A stretch of DNA of 62,912 nucleotides, counting the filler. It is 3 parts of 3 records of this genome, joined end to end, with 100 filler letters (N's around TTAATTAATTAA, not from the genome) between each part and the next. Parts side by side here need not be neighbours in the genome. Positions count along the whole stretch, not along the records: positions 31,836 to 62,912 come from SRR31156797_12697; 2 more parts are not named here. One strand, written 5' to 3'. The translations under genes and the position numbers were made by a program. The notes below the pieces were generated by a model, which had not been told where the DNA came from, made no database searches, and worked only from the letters and a program-made list of their open reading frames with translations. Below, in pieces: positions 50,861 to 61,800 of this stretch. Each line of letters starts with the position of its first letter. The stretch's first letter is position 1.

Positions 50861-52858
50861 ATGACTCTCATTAAGCATATTGGCCGATTAATCTTAGTAC
50901 TCGCGATGTTTTTGACCTCAATAGCCAGCCCCGCGATTGCACAGGAGAAAGCAACGTATACCTACGCAAGCAGAACTGAAGATGTGGTAAACCGAATCAT
51001 CGCGAGGAAAATATCCAGAGAGTTGGGAATAAACTTAGTGGCTGCTCATTATTCTGATTACTCATCCATTCTGAATGCGGTTGAATCAGGGGAAGTCGAC
51101 TTTGCTCCAAATATCACTTACAGCAAAGAGCGGGGCGAACGTTTTATCTTTTCTGCACCAACCAACGTTGAGTACATGTATTTTTTTAGTAAACGTGAGC
51201 TCAACTTTAGTGATCTTAATACCGTAGCGGTCGCGCATGGCTCAGTGTTCGCCGATTTTGTGTTAGAGCAAAACTCAAAGCTAAATGTATTTGAATATCA
51301 CTCTATCGCGGAAGCAAGGCAGCTAATCGAAGATAATCGAGTAGAAGGTATTGTTGACTCATTGTCTGTACTGAAGTTTATGGCGTTAGCCGGTATGGAT
51401 ATCAAGCTGATCAATAACAAGCTTCCCCTAAAACCGGTCTCTATCATCACAGCTAAAGAGCAAAACGTGGCAATCTTAAAAGAGATTGAACGTTACGTCC
51501 ATACTCCCGAGATTCAACGTCTTTTGCGCACAACGGCAGAAGCTTACCAGTTTGAAGTAAAGCGTCAGGCGTTAAGAAAGCATGTGATTTTGAGCGGTGT
51601 TGATTTAACTGAACCGCTTAAGGTGAAAATGGAAAATTTCAATCAGTTTGGTGATTACACGGATGATGGAAATGTTGAAGGTATTGCTGCTGATGTGGTG
51701 TTCCAAGCTTGCCAATTAATGCGTCTGGAGTGTGTATTGACAAGCGAAGCTGATGAGTCATGGCAAAGTATGTACTCCAGTTTGTTAAATGGTGAAATTG
51801 ATATACTCGCACCTTATGCCATAACCAAAGAGCGCAAACAGGTTGCGCATATTAGCGATAAGTTCTACGAGCCGGAAGCCATCGTGATTAAGCGAAAAGG
51901 CTACAAAGATAATGTTTATCGCTCCATTTCAGAATTGGTGGCTGAGCGGGTGGGTGTCATTGAAGGCCGCATCTTCGAAACAGTTTTACGACGTCGACTA
52001 CCGCATAAACCGTTTATGACTTTTGAACAGCCTGAAGAGCAACTGGCTGCTTTGTTGGCTAATGAGGTCGATTATATTGTGATGACACGGACCACTTATA
52101 ATCGACTATTAAGAGATACAGGAACGATATTGCCGATTGTTGAAGATGACATGATTGGTGCATTTTATTCCTATGGTGTCGGCATAGGCTTTCAGAATAC
52201 TTCCCAAGGACAAATTTTGTCAGGTTTGTTTAGTGAAGCCCTTCAATTATTAGATGTGCAAGCCATTGTTGATCAATACGATTACGCACCAGATTGGCAA
52301 ACAACCTTAACCAATCAAAAACTGTTTATAAAGAAAAGTCAGCACCTCCTAGTCTTCATAATTATTACTCTAATTGTTATTGCTTATTTTTGGCATAAGC
52401 AATCAATTACGGACAGCCTGACAAAATTAAACAATAGATTGGCCTTATATAAGAAATATAAAGAGGGTTTATATAAAGGACAGGCATTGGTTTATTTTGA
52501 TATCAATAAGTTCAAAGTGATCAATGACAGCTATGGACATAGAACCGGAGACCAGGTGTTACAAGCGGTTGCGTCCAACATAAATAGATATTGGCGACAT
52601 GACAGTTATCGAATCGGTGGCGATGAATTTATTCTCATCGGTAAAGTTTCAGAAGATGAAATTCGGTCGTGTTTACAAAAAATTGGATTTTTTGAATTTG
52701 ATAATAGTGATGATCGCTCGTTCGAGGTACGGATATCTTATGGGTGCTATATATCGGCGGGAAATGATTTGTCTCTTGATGATTGCATACATATCGCTGA
52801 TACAGAAATGTATAAATTTAAAGCTGAAGAGAGCTTTATAACTTCATCAACGGGTTAG
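50861..52858 (+). CDS. Diguanylate cyclase with two periplasmic solute-binding (SBP_bac_3-like) domains
   Basis: Signal peptide, two PBP-like domains, TM helix, TDSLTKL.NR, DINKFK.INDSYGH..GD, RIGGDEF. Confidence 0.9.
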   Translation: MTLIKHIGRLILVLAMFLTSIASPAIAQEKATYTYASRTEDVVNRIIARKISRELGINLVAAHYSDYSSILNAVESGEVDFAPNITYSKERGERFIFSAPTNVEYMYFFSKRELNFSDLNTVAVAHGSVFADFVLEQNSKLNVFEYHSIAEARQLIEDNRVEGIVDSLSVLKFMALAGMDIKLINNKLPLKPVSIITAKEQNVAILKEIERYVHTPEIQRLLRTTAEAYQFEVKRQALRKHVILSGVDLTEPLKVKMENFNQFGDYTDDGNVEGIAADVVFQACQLMRLECVLTSEADESWQSMYSSLLNGEIDILAPYAITKERKQVAHISDKFYEPEAIVIKRKGYKDNVYRSISELVAERVGVIEGRIFETVLRRRLPHKPFMTFEQPEEQLAALLANEVDYIVMTRTTYNRLLRDTGTILPIVEDDMIGAFYSYGVGIGFQNTSQGQILSGLFSEALQLLDVQAIVDQYDYAPDWQTTLTNQKLFIKKSQHLLVFIIITLIVIAYFWHKQSITDSLTKLNNRLALYKKYKEGLYKGQALVYFDINKFKVINDSYGHRTGDQVLQAVASNINRYWRHDSYRIGGDEFILIGKVSEDEIRSCLQKIGFFEFDNSDDRSFEVRISYGCYISAGNDLSLDDCIHIADTEMYKFKAEESFITSSTG

Positions 52859-52865
52859 GCCACTC

Positions 52866-54848
52866 ATGTTCAATTATCGTTCTACTGTTTTTATGCTACT
52901 GGTGTGTCTATGCGGCTGGATACCTACGGCTTTTGCGAACCCAACATATTTAGTCGCCGCCGAGTCGGATGACCCAGTGACTCAAATTATGTTTGATGCT
53001 CTCGCTAAAGAGTTAGACGTCAACTTTGAATATATCGAGTTTTCAACGTTCTCAGAAGCGTTGTCTGCGGTGAGTTCGGGCTATATTGATCTGTTTGCAA
53101 ATGTCACTTACACGGATGGGAGGGCGTTGACCTTAGATTTCACCGCACCGACAAACATTGAATACGTTTATTTGTTTACACAACACAGTTTACAGTTAGA
53201 AAACATCCACACATTAGCGATTCCTCAAGGCAGTACTTACCACTTAGCGATAGGAGAGGAGTTTCCCAACGTTGAGTTTGTTCGCTATGAAGAAGCTGAA
53301 CAGGCTATCGAGCTATTACAAACAGGACAAGTGGATGGAATTGTTGATAGTTTAACTCAGCTTAAGTTTATGACCTTGTCTGGTCTCAATGCGACTTTAT
53401 TCAATGACTACTTGTCTTTACACCCTGTGTCGGTCGTTGCACCAAAAGGTAAATATCAAGGCTTACTGAAGCGGATTGAGAAGTATGCTCACTCGGCGAA
53501 GTTTCAGAAACTGTTACGTGAATCTGTCGAACAATATCAGCTAGCGATACGAAAGCAGGCACTTAGAAAAGAAGTACTTTACAAAGGCATTAATACCTTA
53601 ACGCCACTCAAAGTGAAGTTAGAAAACATCAAGTTATTTGTAAACTATCATTCAGATGGAAGTGTTAATGGAATTACGGCTGATACGCTGTTTGAGGTCT
53701 GTGGAATACTGCAACTCGACTGCCAATTAAAGAGTGACGCCAGCGAGCCATGGTCAAGCATGTATCAGAGTTTACAAAGTCAAACTATTGATGTTCTGTC
53801 TCCTCTAGCCGTAACCGATGCCCGTAAAGAACAGTTTTATCTGAGTGACAGTTACTACAGCCCTGAAGCGATATTAGTTAAGCGAAAGCAATATAAAGAT
53901 GATGTCTATCGCACGATTTCAGAAATGTTGGTTGAACGTATTGGTGTGGTTAAGGGAAACTTTTTTCAGTCTCTACTTAACGAGATGCTGCCAGGAAAAA
54001 AACTGCATCTATACGATTCTCAAGCCGAGCTTCTGGATGGTTTGTTAAACAATGACGTCGATTATATTCTGATCACTCGTGCGGCTTTTCATAGTAAGTT
54101 GCGCAAAGCAAAAAGCATTCTACACATTGCCGAAGAAGACAAGATTGGGGTGGTGTACTCTTACGACCTTAGCTTCGGGTTCCCTAAAAACGAGCAAGGA
54201 AAGGCGTTAGCGGAGCTGTTTTCAAAAGCGATACCACTGACGCATTTAAGCAGCATCGTAAAAAAATACGATTACCCACCGGATTGGTATAGCACGATTA
54301 ACAATCAGAAGAAGATAAGTCGTAACAGTATCGCACGCTTTGCTTTCGTTATAGCGTTACTGTTATCGATCATGTTTGTTTTTTATCGACGTTCCATTAC
54401 CGATGAACTCACAGGGTTACGTAATAGATTGGCTATTTATCGCAGGTATGGCAACGCATTCCCTCAACATAAAACGCTGATTTATCTGGATGTAAATAAG
54501 TTTAAAGTGATTAATGACACGTATGGGCATCGGGTCGGTGATTATGTATTAAAGCGTTTAGCTTCTAACGTTACCCGTTACTGGAAAGGGGAGGTATATC
54601 GCATTGGAGGCGATGAGTTTGTTTTGGTGAGCCGAGATAGTGTAGAAAAGGTTGAACGCTACTTAAGCGACATCAGTTCATTCAGCTTTGTAGACAGTGG
54701 GTCTGAGGATGAAATTGTGGTGACGATATCAGTGGGGATGGCTACTGAATTAGAAAAAAGCCTTCCCCTTGATGAAGTATTAAACGTTGCAGATAAAGCT
54801 ATGTACAAATCTAAAGCTAGGTTTAGACATGGTAAGCGGTCGTCATAG
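52866..54848 (+). CDS. Diguanylate cyclase, tandem paralog of the upstream gene
   Basis: Same architecture; TDELTGLRNR, DVNKFKVINDTYGH..GD, RIGGDEF, ADKAMY. Confidence 0.9.
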   Translation: MFNYRSTVFMLLVCLCGWIPTAFANPTYLVAAESDDPVTQIMFDALAKELDVNFEYIEFSTFSEALSAVSSGYIDLFANVTYTDGRALTLDFTAPTNIEYVYLFTQHSLQLENIHTLAIPQGSTYHLAIGEEFPNVEFVRYEEAEQAIELLQTGQVDGIVDSLTQLKFMTLSGLNATLFNDYLSLHPVSVVAPKGKYQGLLKRIEKYAHSAKFQKLLRESVEQYQLAIRKQALRKEVLYKGINTLTPLKVKLENIKLFVNYHSDGSVNGITADTLFEVCGILQLDCQLKSDASEPWSSMYQSLQSQTIDVLSPLAVTDARKEQFYLSDSYYSPEAILVKRKQYKDDVYRTISEMLVERIGVVKGNFFQSLLNEMLPGKKLHLYDSQAELLDGLLNNDVDYILITRAAFHSKLRKAKSILHIAEEDKIGVVYSYDLSFGFPKNEQGKALAELFSKAIPLTHLSSIVKKYDYPPDWYSTINNQKKISRNSIARFAFVIALLLSIMFVFYRRSITDELTGLRNRLAIYRRYGNAFPQHKTLIYLDVNKFKVINDTYGHRVGDYVLKRLASNVTRYWKGEVYRIGGDEFVLVSRDSVEKVERYLSDISSFSFVDSGSEDEIVVTISVGMATELEKSLPLDEVLNVADKAMYKSKARFRHGKRSS

Positions 54849-55028
54849 TGAGTGGGCGTGTTGACGTTCTCTAAGTGCTTGTTCAGCGATATTAAATTGT
54901 CTTACGTCCATGCGAGCAAAATCGTTACATTTCTCGCAAGAGTGGTGTGCTTTACCATCAACATATTCGTGTTTGGTAAGTAAGCTTGGTTTTTTACACC
55001 AGTCACACACGCCTTCAATAGTAAACAT
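54843..55028 (-). CDS. Small Cys-rich putative zinc-binding protein
   Basis: CDWC...CEKC; AAGGAG RBS. Confidence 0.75.
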   Translation of the reverse strand: MFTIEGVCDWCKKPSLLTKHEYVDGKAHHSCEKCNDFARMDVRQFNIAEQALRERQHAHSL

Positions 55029-55243
55029 TGTATCTCCTTACCTATTGGTTTGTTCGAGGCAAATTGGTAGCCAACACTACCGAGCCAAAGCTGTTAGGCG
55101 TAAATTGTCGCGGCGCATTATGACATACAAAAGATTGTTAAGTTAATATAGTGTTACAAATATGAGAGGGAGATCGGTTGCTTTGGGCCTGTATTTTTAA
55201 GGTTTTTAAGAAGGCGGGCTATTATTAGTCTGGTGAATTGTAA

Positions 55244-56251
55244 CTAACTATTAACATGCTGGATGATGATTTTGAGTGCCGAATTGAGACGCTTCATTTC
55301 ATCTTCGCTGCCCTTTATATCCGGGTGGTAAATTTTTGACAGTTGTTTGTATCTTACTTTGATTGCTTTTTCGTCAGGGACTTGACTGGGCGTGAAACCA
55401 AACAGTGCACAAGCAAGTTCAACGCGTTGAGTTTTAGCTTGTGTATTTTGGTTTTGTTGCAAACGCTTTAGCTCGCGATAAATCATGTCTAATTGTTTTT
55501 TCTGCTTCTTTAAAGTGACATTTTTTTCTTCAAGTTGCTTTTCCAAATGACTGGCAGTGGACGTCGTTGCCGTAGCTTTGTTTTGTCTAAGTTTTACAAT
55601 GCGGAACAGTGCAGTTATCGAAAATAGCAGCAGAACGGCAATGGTAATCAATAAGTAGTCGTTTTTAATTTGTTCAGGCTGAACACTTTCTGCCTGGGAA
55701 GGGGCATCGATTTGCTGATCAATCAGCTTATCTATTTGGCTAATGGCTGAAACTTGTTTTGCCCGTTGTTGGTTAAACTTCTGTTCCAGAATGGTTGAAT
55801 AAGCTTGCTCTGCTTCTGGCAAATTCTCTGAAGCGATATGGAACCACAGTTGCGCATTGTCTAAAGATGTGGGTTGAATGCTGAGCTGCTGATAGCGTTT
55901 CCCCAGTTGATATTGTGCTTGTGCATCGCCAGATACGGCGAGTTTGGTTAGCCAATATAGCCCTTGGCTAGTGTCGACTTCTGTGCCAGTACCATTCAAA
56001 TAGGCTTGCGCCAAAGGCAACATGGCAAGTTTATTGTCGTTGTTTGCAGCTTGTTGTAGCCAGTAAAACGCATCCTGGATGCTTTGTGCATCATTGGCAT
56101 TTTCCTGATACGCTAGGGCAAGTTGATATTGGGCGTCTGGATCGCCTTGGTTTGCTTGATTGATAAGTTCAGTGCTGGGAGCTGATAATACAGAGCCCGA
56201 TAAGACGAGGGATAAGATCCAAACAGTTGTACGTAACACAAGCACCTTCAC
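55244..56251 (-). CDS. Sel1-repeat, single-TM, C-terminal J-domain protein
   Basis: Signal peptide, three Sel1 motifs (GDPDAQYQLA, AMLPLAQAYLNG, GDAQAQYQLG), TM helix, coiled coil, YHPD; start uncertain (GTG 56251 chosen because 56278 lies inside a terminator). Confidence 0.82.
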   Translation of the reverse strand: MKVLVLRTTVWILSLVLSGSVLSAPSTELINQANQGDPDAQYQLALAYQENANDAQSIQDAFYWLQQAANNDNKLAMLPLAQAYLNGTGTEVDTSQGLYWLTKLAVSGDAQAQYQLGKRYQQLSIQPTSLDNAQLWFHIASENLPEAEQAYSTILEQKFNQQRAKQVSAISQIDKLIDQQIDAPSQAESVQPEQIKNDYLLITIAVLLLFSITALFRIVKLRQNKATATTSTASHLEKQLEEKNVTLKKQKKQLDMIYRELKRLQQNQNTQAKTQRVELACALFGFTPSQVPDEKAIKVRYKQLSKIYHPDIKGSEDEMKRLNSALKIIIQHVNS

Positions 56252-56268
56252 GTTATCAATAGAGAATA

Positions 56269-56289
56269 ATCCCAGCACATGGCTGGGAT
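56269..56289 (-). terminator. Hairpin downstream of the OmpA-family gene
   Basis: ATCCCAGC-acatg-GCTGGGAT. Confidence 0.5.
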
Positions 56290-56368
56290 GTCTATTATTC
56301 TATCTTACTGTTGAGGGTTTGCTAGTTTTCCAACTCGAACTTTGTAAAATTATACGAGTTGGAAAGGG

Positions 56369-57037
56369 TTATTTTAGCGGTAAGATTTGAATTTCGACTC
56401 GTCGGTTACAAGCTCGGCCAGTCGAGGTGTCGTTGCTACACAATGGGTAACGCTCACCATTACCGCGAGCGATAGCTCGGCCTGCCGCAACGTTTTGCGA
56501 GATTAAAAATGAACGGACAGATTCAGCACGGCGCTCAGAAAGGATTTGGTTAGTGGTGTCACTACCTGTGCTATCAGTATGCCCATCGATGACTAAACTC
56601 GTGTCTGGATATTCAACCAGAATTCTTGCAACACCACCTAGAGTGTTGTGAATGCTTGAGTCTAGCTGGTACGAGTTTGTCGCAAAGCCAATGCCGTTTT
56701 CTAGGCGAAGTAGAAGCTGGTTTTCACCAACACGCTCTACCTGAACACCCGAATTTAATAGCTCTTTACGTAATGCAGCTTCTTGTTGATCAAAATAGTA
56801 ACCAACGCCACCACCGACGGCAGCACCACCTGCAGCACCGATTAAAGCGCGTTGACGACGTTCTTTTGCATCATCACCAGATGCTAAGCCCACTGCCGCA
56901 CCTGCTAGAGCGCCTAACAATGCACCTTTAGTGGCCGAGTTGGTTTCAGTTTCGCCAGTGGTTGCATTCTGGCGTTGTGTAGCCTGACAGCCTGATAATG
57001 CGACCGCCACTACTAAGGCTAACGTAATTTTTTTCAA
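56369..57037 (-). CDS. OmpA-family lipoprotein (YiaD-like)
   Basis: Lipobox LSGC, glycine zippers, GHTDSTG, N..LSERRA.SV, NRRVEI. Confidence 0.92.
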   Translation of the reverse strand: MKKITLALVVAVALSGCQATQRQNATTGETETNSATKGALLGALAGAAVGLASGDDAKERRQRALIGAAGGAAVGGGVGYYFDQQEAALRKELLNSGVQVERVGENQLLLRLENGIGFATNSYQLDSSIHNTLGGVARILVEYPDTSLVIDGHTDSTGSDTTNQILSERRAESVRSFLISQNVAAGRAIARGNGERYPLCSNDTSTGRACNRRVEIQILPLK

Positions 57038-57142
57038 TGTATCTACTCCATGTCTTTTTGCCGTATGAATGAAACGGGATTAAGACGTTAAGATCAACTA
57101 GGAAAAGTCTGATTTGACGTAGGATTGACTCAGATGGTGATT

Positions 57143-57832
57143 CTACTTCAATAACTTTGGTGCCTGAGCACCGTCAATAGGGCGGTTTACAGACACTCGA
57201 CGTCCTTTTTTCAGCCCAACTTCGTAATCGGCAGTGAGGTTTTTCATCGCTTCACGAAGTTGCTGCTTGAACGTTTCTCTATCGACGTTTTGAAACTCTT
57301 TATCGATATAGTCGTTAATTTTATTGGCCGACTCTTCGTCTGGGGAAATGACAGGTAGCTTTTCTAGCGCGCCTTCAATCCATCCTGAAACAAATGAGTT
57401 CACGCGTCGTGTCACTTCTTGCGTTGATGTTCCGCTACCCGCGAAGCTGTTTCTAAATTGACCCGTGTGCTCGTTCATTTCACGGTAAACAATATCAAAA
57501 GCAAAGGCTGCGAAAATAGCGCGATCCGCTTCACCGATAAATTCAACTCGTTTCAAACCTTTGTGGTTGATCAACACCGCTTCAACACCAAACTTAGTGT
57601 TGATACCACGAATAATTCGAAGAATACCGGAGCTAATGGAGGCGGGTAGTAGATGACTCGACTGAGTTTTCCCCAACTTGATGAACTCGATATCGTCTTT
57701 ATCAAGACCATATTTCAGCATTAAGCGGTGAGCCATCTTGATGGCATTGGCCGCTTCATTCACGTTTGCTGAGTTACCAAGTTCTAGGCATTTAGCAATT
57801 TTTTTCAGGGCTTTCTTTTTATCAATCGACAT
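57143..57832 (-). CDS. DUF2786-domain protein
   Basis: KIAKCLELG.S.N.NEA..A...A.RLM.KY N-terminal motif. Confidence 0.8.
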   Translation of the reverse strand: MSIDKKKALKKIAKCLELGNSANVNEAANAIKMAHRLMLKYGLDKDDIEFIKLGKTQSSHLLPASISSGILRIIRGINTKFGVEAVLINHKGLKRVEFIGEADRAIFAAFAFDIVYREMNEHTGQFRNSFAGSGTSTQEVTRRVNSFVSGWIEGALEKLPVISPDEESANKINDYIDKEFQNVDRETFKQQLREAMKNLTADYEVGLKKGRRVSVNRPIDGAQAPKLLK

Positions 57833-57904
57833 TCAGAAACACATTACTACCGAGTTTAGAAAAGTCTGACATTTTAACGTTTTTGTAGCATTAGGGGAAG
57901 GGCT

Positions 57905-57941
57905 GAAAACAAGAGTTGCCGCCAAGAAAGGGGCAACTCTT
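57905..57941 (-). terminator. Terminator downstream of the DUF3334 gene
   Basis: AAGAGTTGCC-N11-GGCAACTCTT, followed by GTTTTC on the minus strand. Confidence 0.65.
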
Positions 57942-57956
57942 CAAAGGGCTTGCTGA

Positions 57957-58634
57957 TTATAAGCCTAGTTCATCAAGCAGATCATTAGCTAAGTCATCGT
58001 CGACATTCGCATCTTTTTTCTTTGTATGAACTTTTTGGGTGCTTTCCAGGATGGAATCAGGACTTTCGTCTTCAGCAATTTCAAACTCTTCAAGCTGAAT
58101 AAACTCGGTCTTGTCCATTGCCAGTTCAAGATAGAAAATATTGTTCTTTTCAGTCGAGAAAGTTACACGGCGAGCTTGAGGACGATCCAGGTTGGTATCA
58201 ACAGACAGAATCACCTGTTTGTTGAGAGACAGCATTTTGGGTTGGTTTTGGGTGATGTTGGTTTGTAATTCTTTACGAATCTTATTCGTAAAATCGCCCA
58301 CTAGTTGGTTCATCAACTCACCTAACACGTCACCCACTTCATCAGATGTGTGCAGAACAGCCAGTTCTTCTTCAGGCATGCCCATATTGCGCATGTAGTT
58401 GGTGTAAACCTCTAACGCGGCTTTCGCAGTAAAGTTGATAACAACTAACCCAGAGAAGCCACCATCAAAAAGGACAAAACAACCGAAATCGGGCTTTAAG
58501 GATGTTTTGTTGATTTTTTGCACCATGGCCGAGTAATTAATGTTTGAAGCTGTCGCAGAAGTCAGCACTGATGAGACGGATTGACATAGCTTGAGAAGAA
58601 TGTCTTCTGTTGTGACGATTTTATTTTTTTTCAT
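57957..58634 (-). CDS. DUF3334 family (CheX/CheC-like) protein
   Basis: LKPDFGCFVLFDGGFSGLV, DVLGELMNQLVG (CheC-like ExxN). Confidence 0.8.
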   Translation of the reverse strand: MKKNKIVTTEDILLKLCQSVSSVLTSATASNINYSAMVQKINKTSLKPDFGCFVLFDGGFSGLVVINFTAKAALEVYTNYMRNMGMPEEELAVLHTSDEVGDVLGELMNQLVGDFTNKIRKELQTNITQNQPKMLSLNKQVILSVDTNLDRPQARRVTFSTEKNNIFYLELAMDKTEFIQLEEFEIAEDESPDSILESTQKVHTKKKDANVDDDLANDLLDELGL

Positions 58635-58684
58635 TGTTACATCCGTAATTTTTAGGTAATGCCAAAATTTTTATTTATAGAACC

Positions 58685-58700
58685 TAGCAAACGTTTGCGT
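58685..58700. promoter_or_regulatory. PurR box between the divergent DUF3334 gene and ydiJ
   Basis: TAGCAAACGTTTGCGT, 14/16 match to consensus. Confidence 0.8.
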
Positions 58701-58892
58701 CTTGCAGGTACTGATGCTGTGGTTTAAGCGAATTTAAAAAGCCAGAAAAATGAATTTGATTGCTTCTGTCAATCATATTCTGATTTGATCACCTTTTTAA
58801 ATGTTGTAAAGTGACGAGATTCATAGAAATATACTCAAATAATATTATAACCCCAAAGCTGATAGGATCAGCGAAGTACGGGCAGGAAGCAA

Positions 58893-61800
58893 ATGTTACC
58901 AAGACTTCATCTTCAATCTGACGTCGATCCGGTTGTTTTAACTTTTTTACATGAACTAGAAGCCGCCGGATTCACTGGCGATATCGAAACCCAATATTCA
59001 AGTCGCTTAGCGGTCGCCACTGATAACAGTGTATACCAACAACTACCTCAAGCGGTGGTTTTGCCTAAATCTACAGAAGATGTAGCGTTAATCGGCAAAA
59101 TAAGCGCTAAACCTGAGTTTGAACGTGTCACATTTTCTCCACGTGGTGGTGGCACGGGCACTAACGGCCAGGCGTTGACCAAAGGTATTGTTGTCGATCT
59201 TTCTCGTTACATGAACCAAATCTTAGAAATCAATGCGGAAGAAGGCTGGGTTCGTGTCCAAAGTGGTGTGATTAAAGACCAGTTAAACGATGCGGTTCGA
59301 CCTCATGGCTACTTTTTCTCTCCAGACTTATCGACCAGTAATCGAGCCACCATTGGCGGTATGATCAATACCGATGCGTCAGGCCAAGGTTCGCTTAAAT
59401 ATGGCAAAACCTCGGATCACGTATTATCGCTGCAAGCGGTTTTCGCGGATGGCTCGATTTTAGAATCGGATCTGTCGCATGGTACGCCAGATGAAGGCAA
59501 CTATGCTTATCAGGCCATGCAGGTCACTGAAGCGGTGTGTCGTGAGAAACGTCAACAGATTGTTGAGAAGTTCCCGCCGTTAAACCGTTTTCTAACGGGT
59601 TACGACTTAAAAAATGCGATTGATGAACAGACTGACCAGTTCAACATCACGCGTGTTCTTTGTGGTGCGGAAGGCTCATTAGCGTTTATTACCGAAGCGA
59701 AGTTAAACCTTACTCCGATCCCTAAAGCGCGTACTCTGGTTAACGTCAAGTACGATACGTTTGACTCGGCACTGCGTAATGCGCCTCTGATGGTCGAGGC
59801 GAGTGCGTTATCGGTTGAAACGGTGGATTCAAAAGTTCTTAACTTAGCCAAAGAAGATATTGTTTGGCATAGCGTGAGTGATTTGATTACTGACGTACCG
59901 GGCAAAGAGATGCAGGGCATCAACATTGTCGAGTACGCTGATCAGGATGAAGATACAGTAAAAGAACTGGTTGCAACACTGACCGCAAATCTCGATGAGA
60001 TGATGGCAACGGAGCAAGGCGGCATCATCGGCTATCAGGTTTGTACCGATTTAGCGAGTATTAACCGTATCTACAACATGCGTAAGAAAGCGGTAGGTTT
60101 ATTGGGCGCAGCGAAAGGTCGAGCCAAGCCTGTTCCGTTTACTGAAGATACCTGTGTTCCACCAGAAAATTTAGCGGACTTTATTGCTGAGTTTAGAGAG
60201 CTGCTTGATTCAAAACAGCTTGCATACGGCATGTTTGGTCACGTTGATGCGGGCGTGTTGCACGTTCGTCCAGCTCTAGATCTATGTGACCCTAAGCAAG
60301 AGCTGATGATGCATGAGATTTCTGATGAAGTCGTGAAGCTGGTGGCGAAATATGGCGGTTTAATGTGGGGTGAGCACGGTAAAGGTTTCCGTTCTGAATA
60401 TGGACCGGAATTCTTTGGTGAAGAGCTGTTTAACGAGCTACGTCGAGTTAAGCAAGCGTTTGATCCACACAACAAAATGAACCCGGGTAAAATTTGTACG
60501 CCGCTTAATACCAATTTTGAATTGGTAAAAGTATCAGATACAAAACGGGGTTATTACGATCGCCAGATTGATGTTCAGGTGCGCGATAGCTTTAAACAAG
60601 CGATGGAGTGTAACGGTAACGGCTTGTGCTTTAACTACGACACCAGCTCACCAATGTGTCCTTCGATGAAAGTAAGCGCTGACCGTCGTCATTCGCCAAA
60701 AGGCCGTGCAGGTCTGGTGCGTGAGTGGTTGCGCCAACTGACGGAGCAGGGCATTGATATTCTCGATTTAGAGCAGCAAACACTGTCGAAAGCACCGACC
60801 ATCAAAACTATGGTAGACAGGGTTCGCAATCGCATCAATCAACGTCATGAGCAAGATTTTTCTCATGAAGTTTACGATGCAATGAATGGCTGTTTGGCGT
60901 GTAAAGCGTGTGCGAGTCAGTGTCCGATTAAAGTGGATGTACCAAGCTTCCGTTCGCGCTTCTTAAATATTTATCACTCGCGATATCAGCGTCCGGCAAA
61001 AGACTATTTGGTTGCTAATATAGAAACGATGCTGCCGTTAATGGCGAAAGCGCCAAGGCTCGTGAATGGCGTAATTGAGCAAAATTGGGTTAAGAGTTTG
61101 ACGGCCAAAACGGTAGGGTATGTGGATACGCCAACGTTGACCGTGCCAACTCTGGCTCAGCGAACGCGACGCCATCCTGTAGCCAGTTTCGATCTACAGT
61201 ATTTGGCTGGGTTGTCTCAACAAGAGCGTGAGCAACACGTCATCATAGTTCAGGACCCGTTCACCAGCTATTACGATGCTGAAGTGGTAGAAGACTTCAT
61301 TGCTTTGGCGATTAAGCTCGGCAAAAAGCCAGTGCTACTGCCGTTTAAGCCTAACGGTAAGGCTCAGCACATTAAAGGATTCCTCAAGCAGTTTAAGGCG
61401 ACAGCAGAGAGTACCGCGGCATTCTTAGAGAAAGTTGCAGATCTTGAAATCGCAATGGTCGGCGTGGATCCGGCTCTTGTACTGTGTTATCGCGATGAAT
61501 ACGCCGAAGTATTAGGTGATAAACGTGGTGATTTCGATGTTCTGACTGTGCATGAATGGCTCAAACCGCGTCTATCTGAGTTTGCTCTTGCTGAATCAAG
61601 CGCTGATGAAGCATGGTACTTGTTGGCTCACTGTACTGAAAAAACGAAATTACCAAACGCAGAGAAAGAGTGGGGTGAAATCTTTGCCCACTTTGGTGGG
61701 GTGTTGAAAACTGTACCGGTTGGCTGTTGTGGTATGGCAGGGACGTTTGGTCACGAGTTAGACAAATACCAGATGTCTAAAGATATCTATGGACTGAGTT

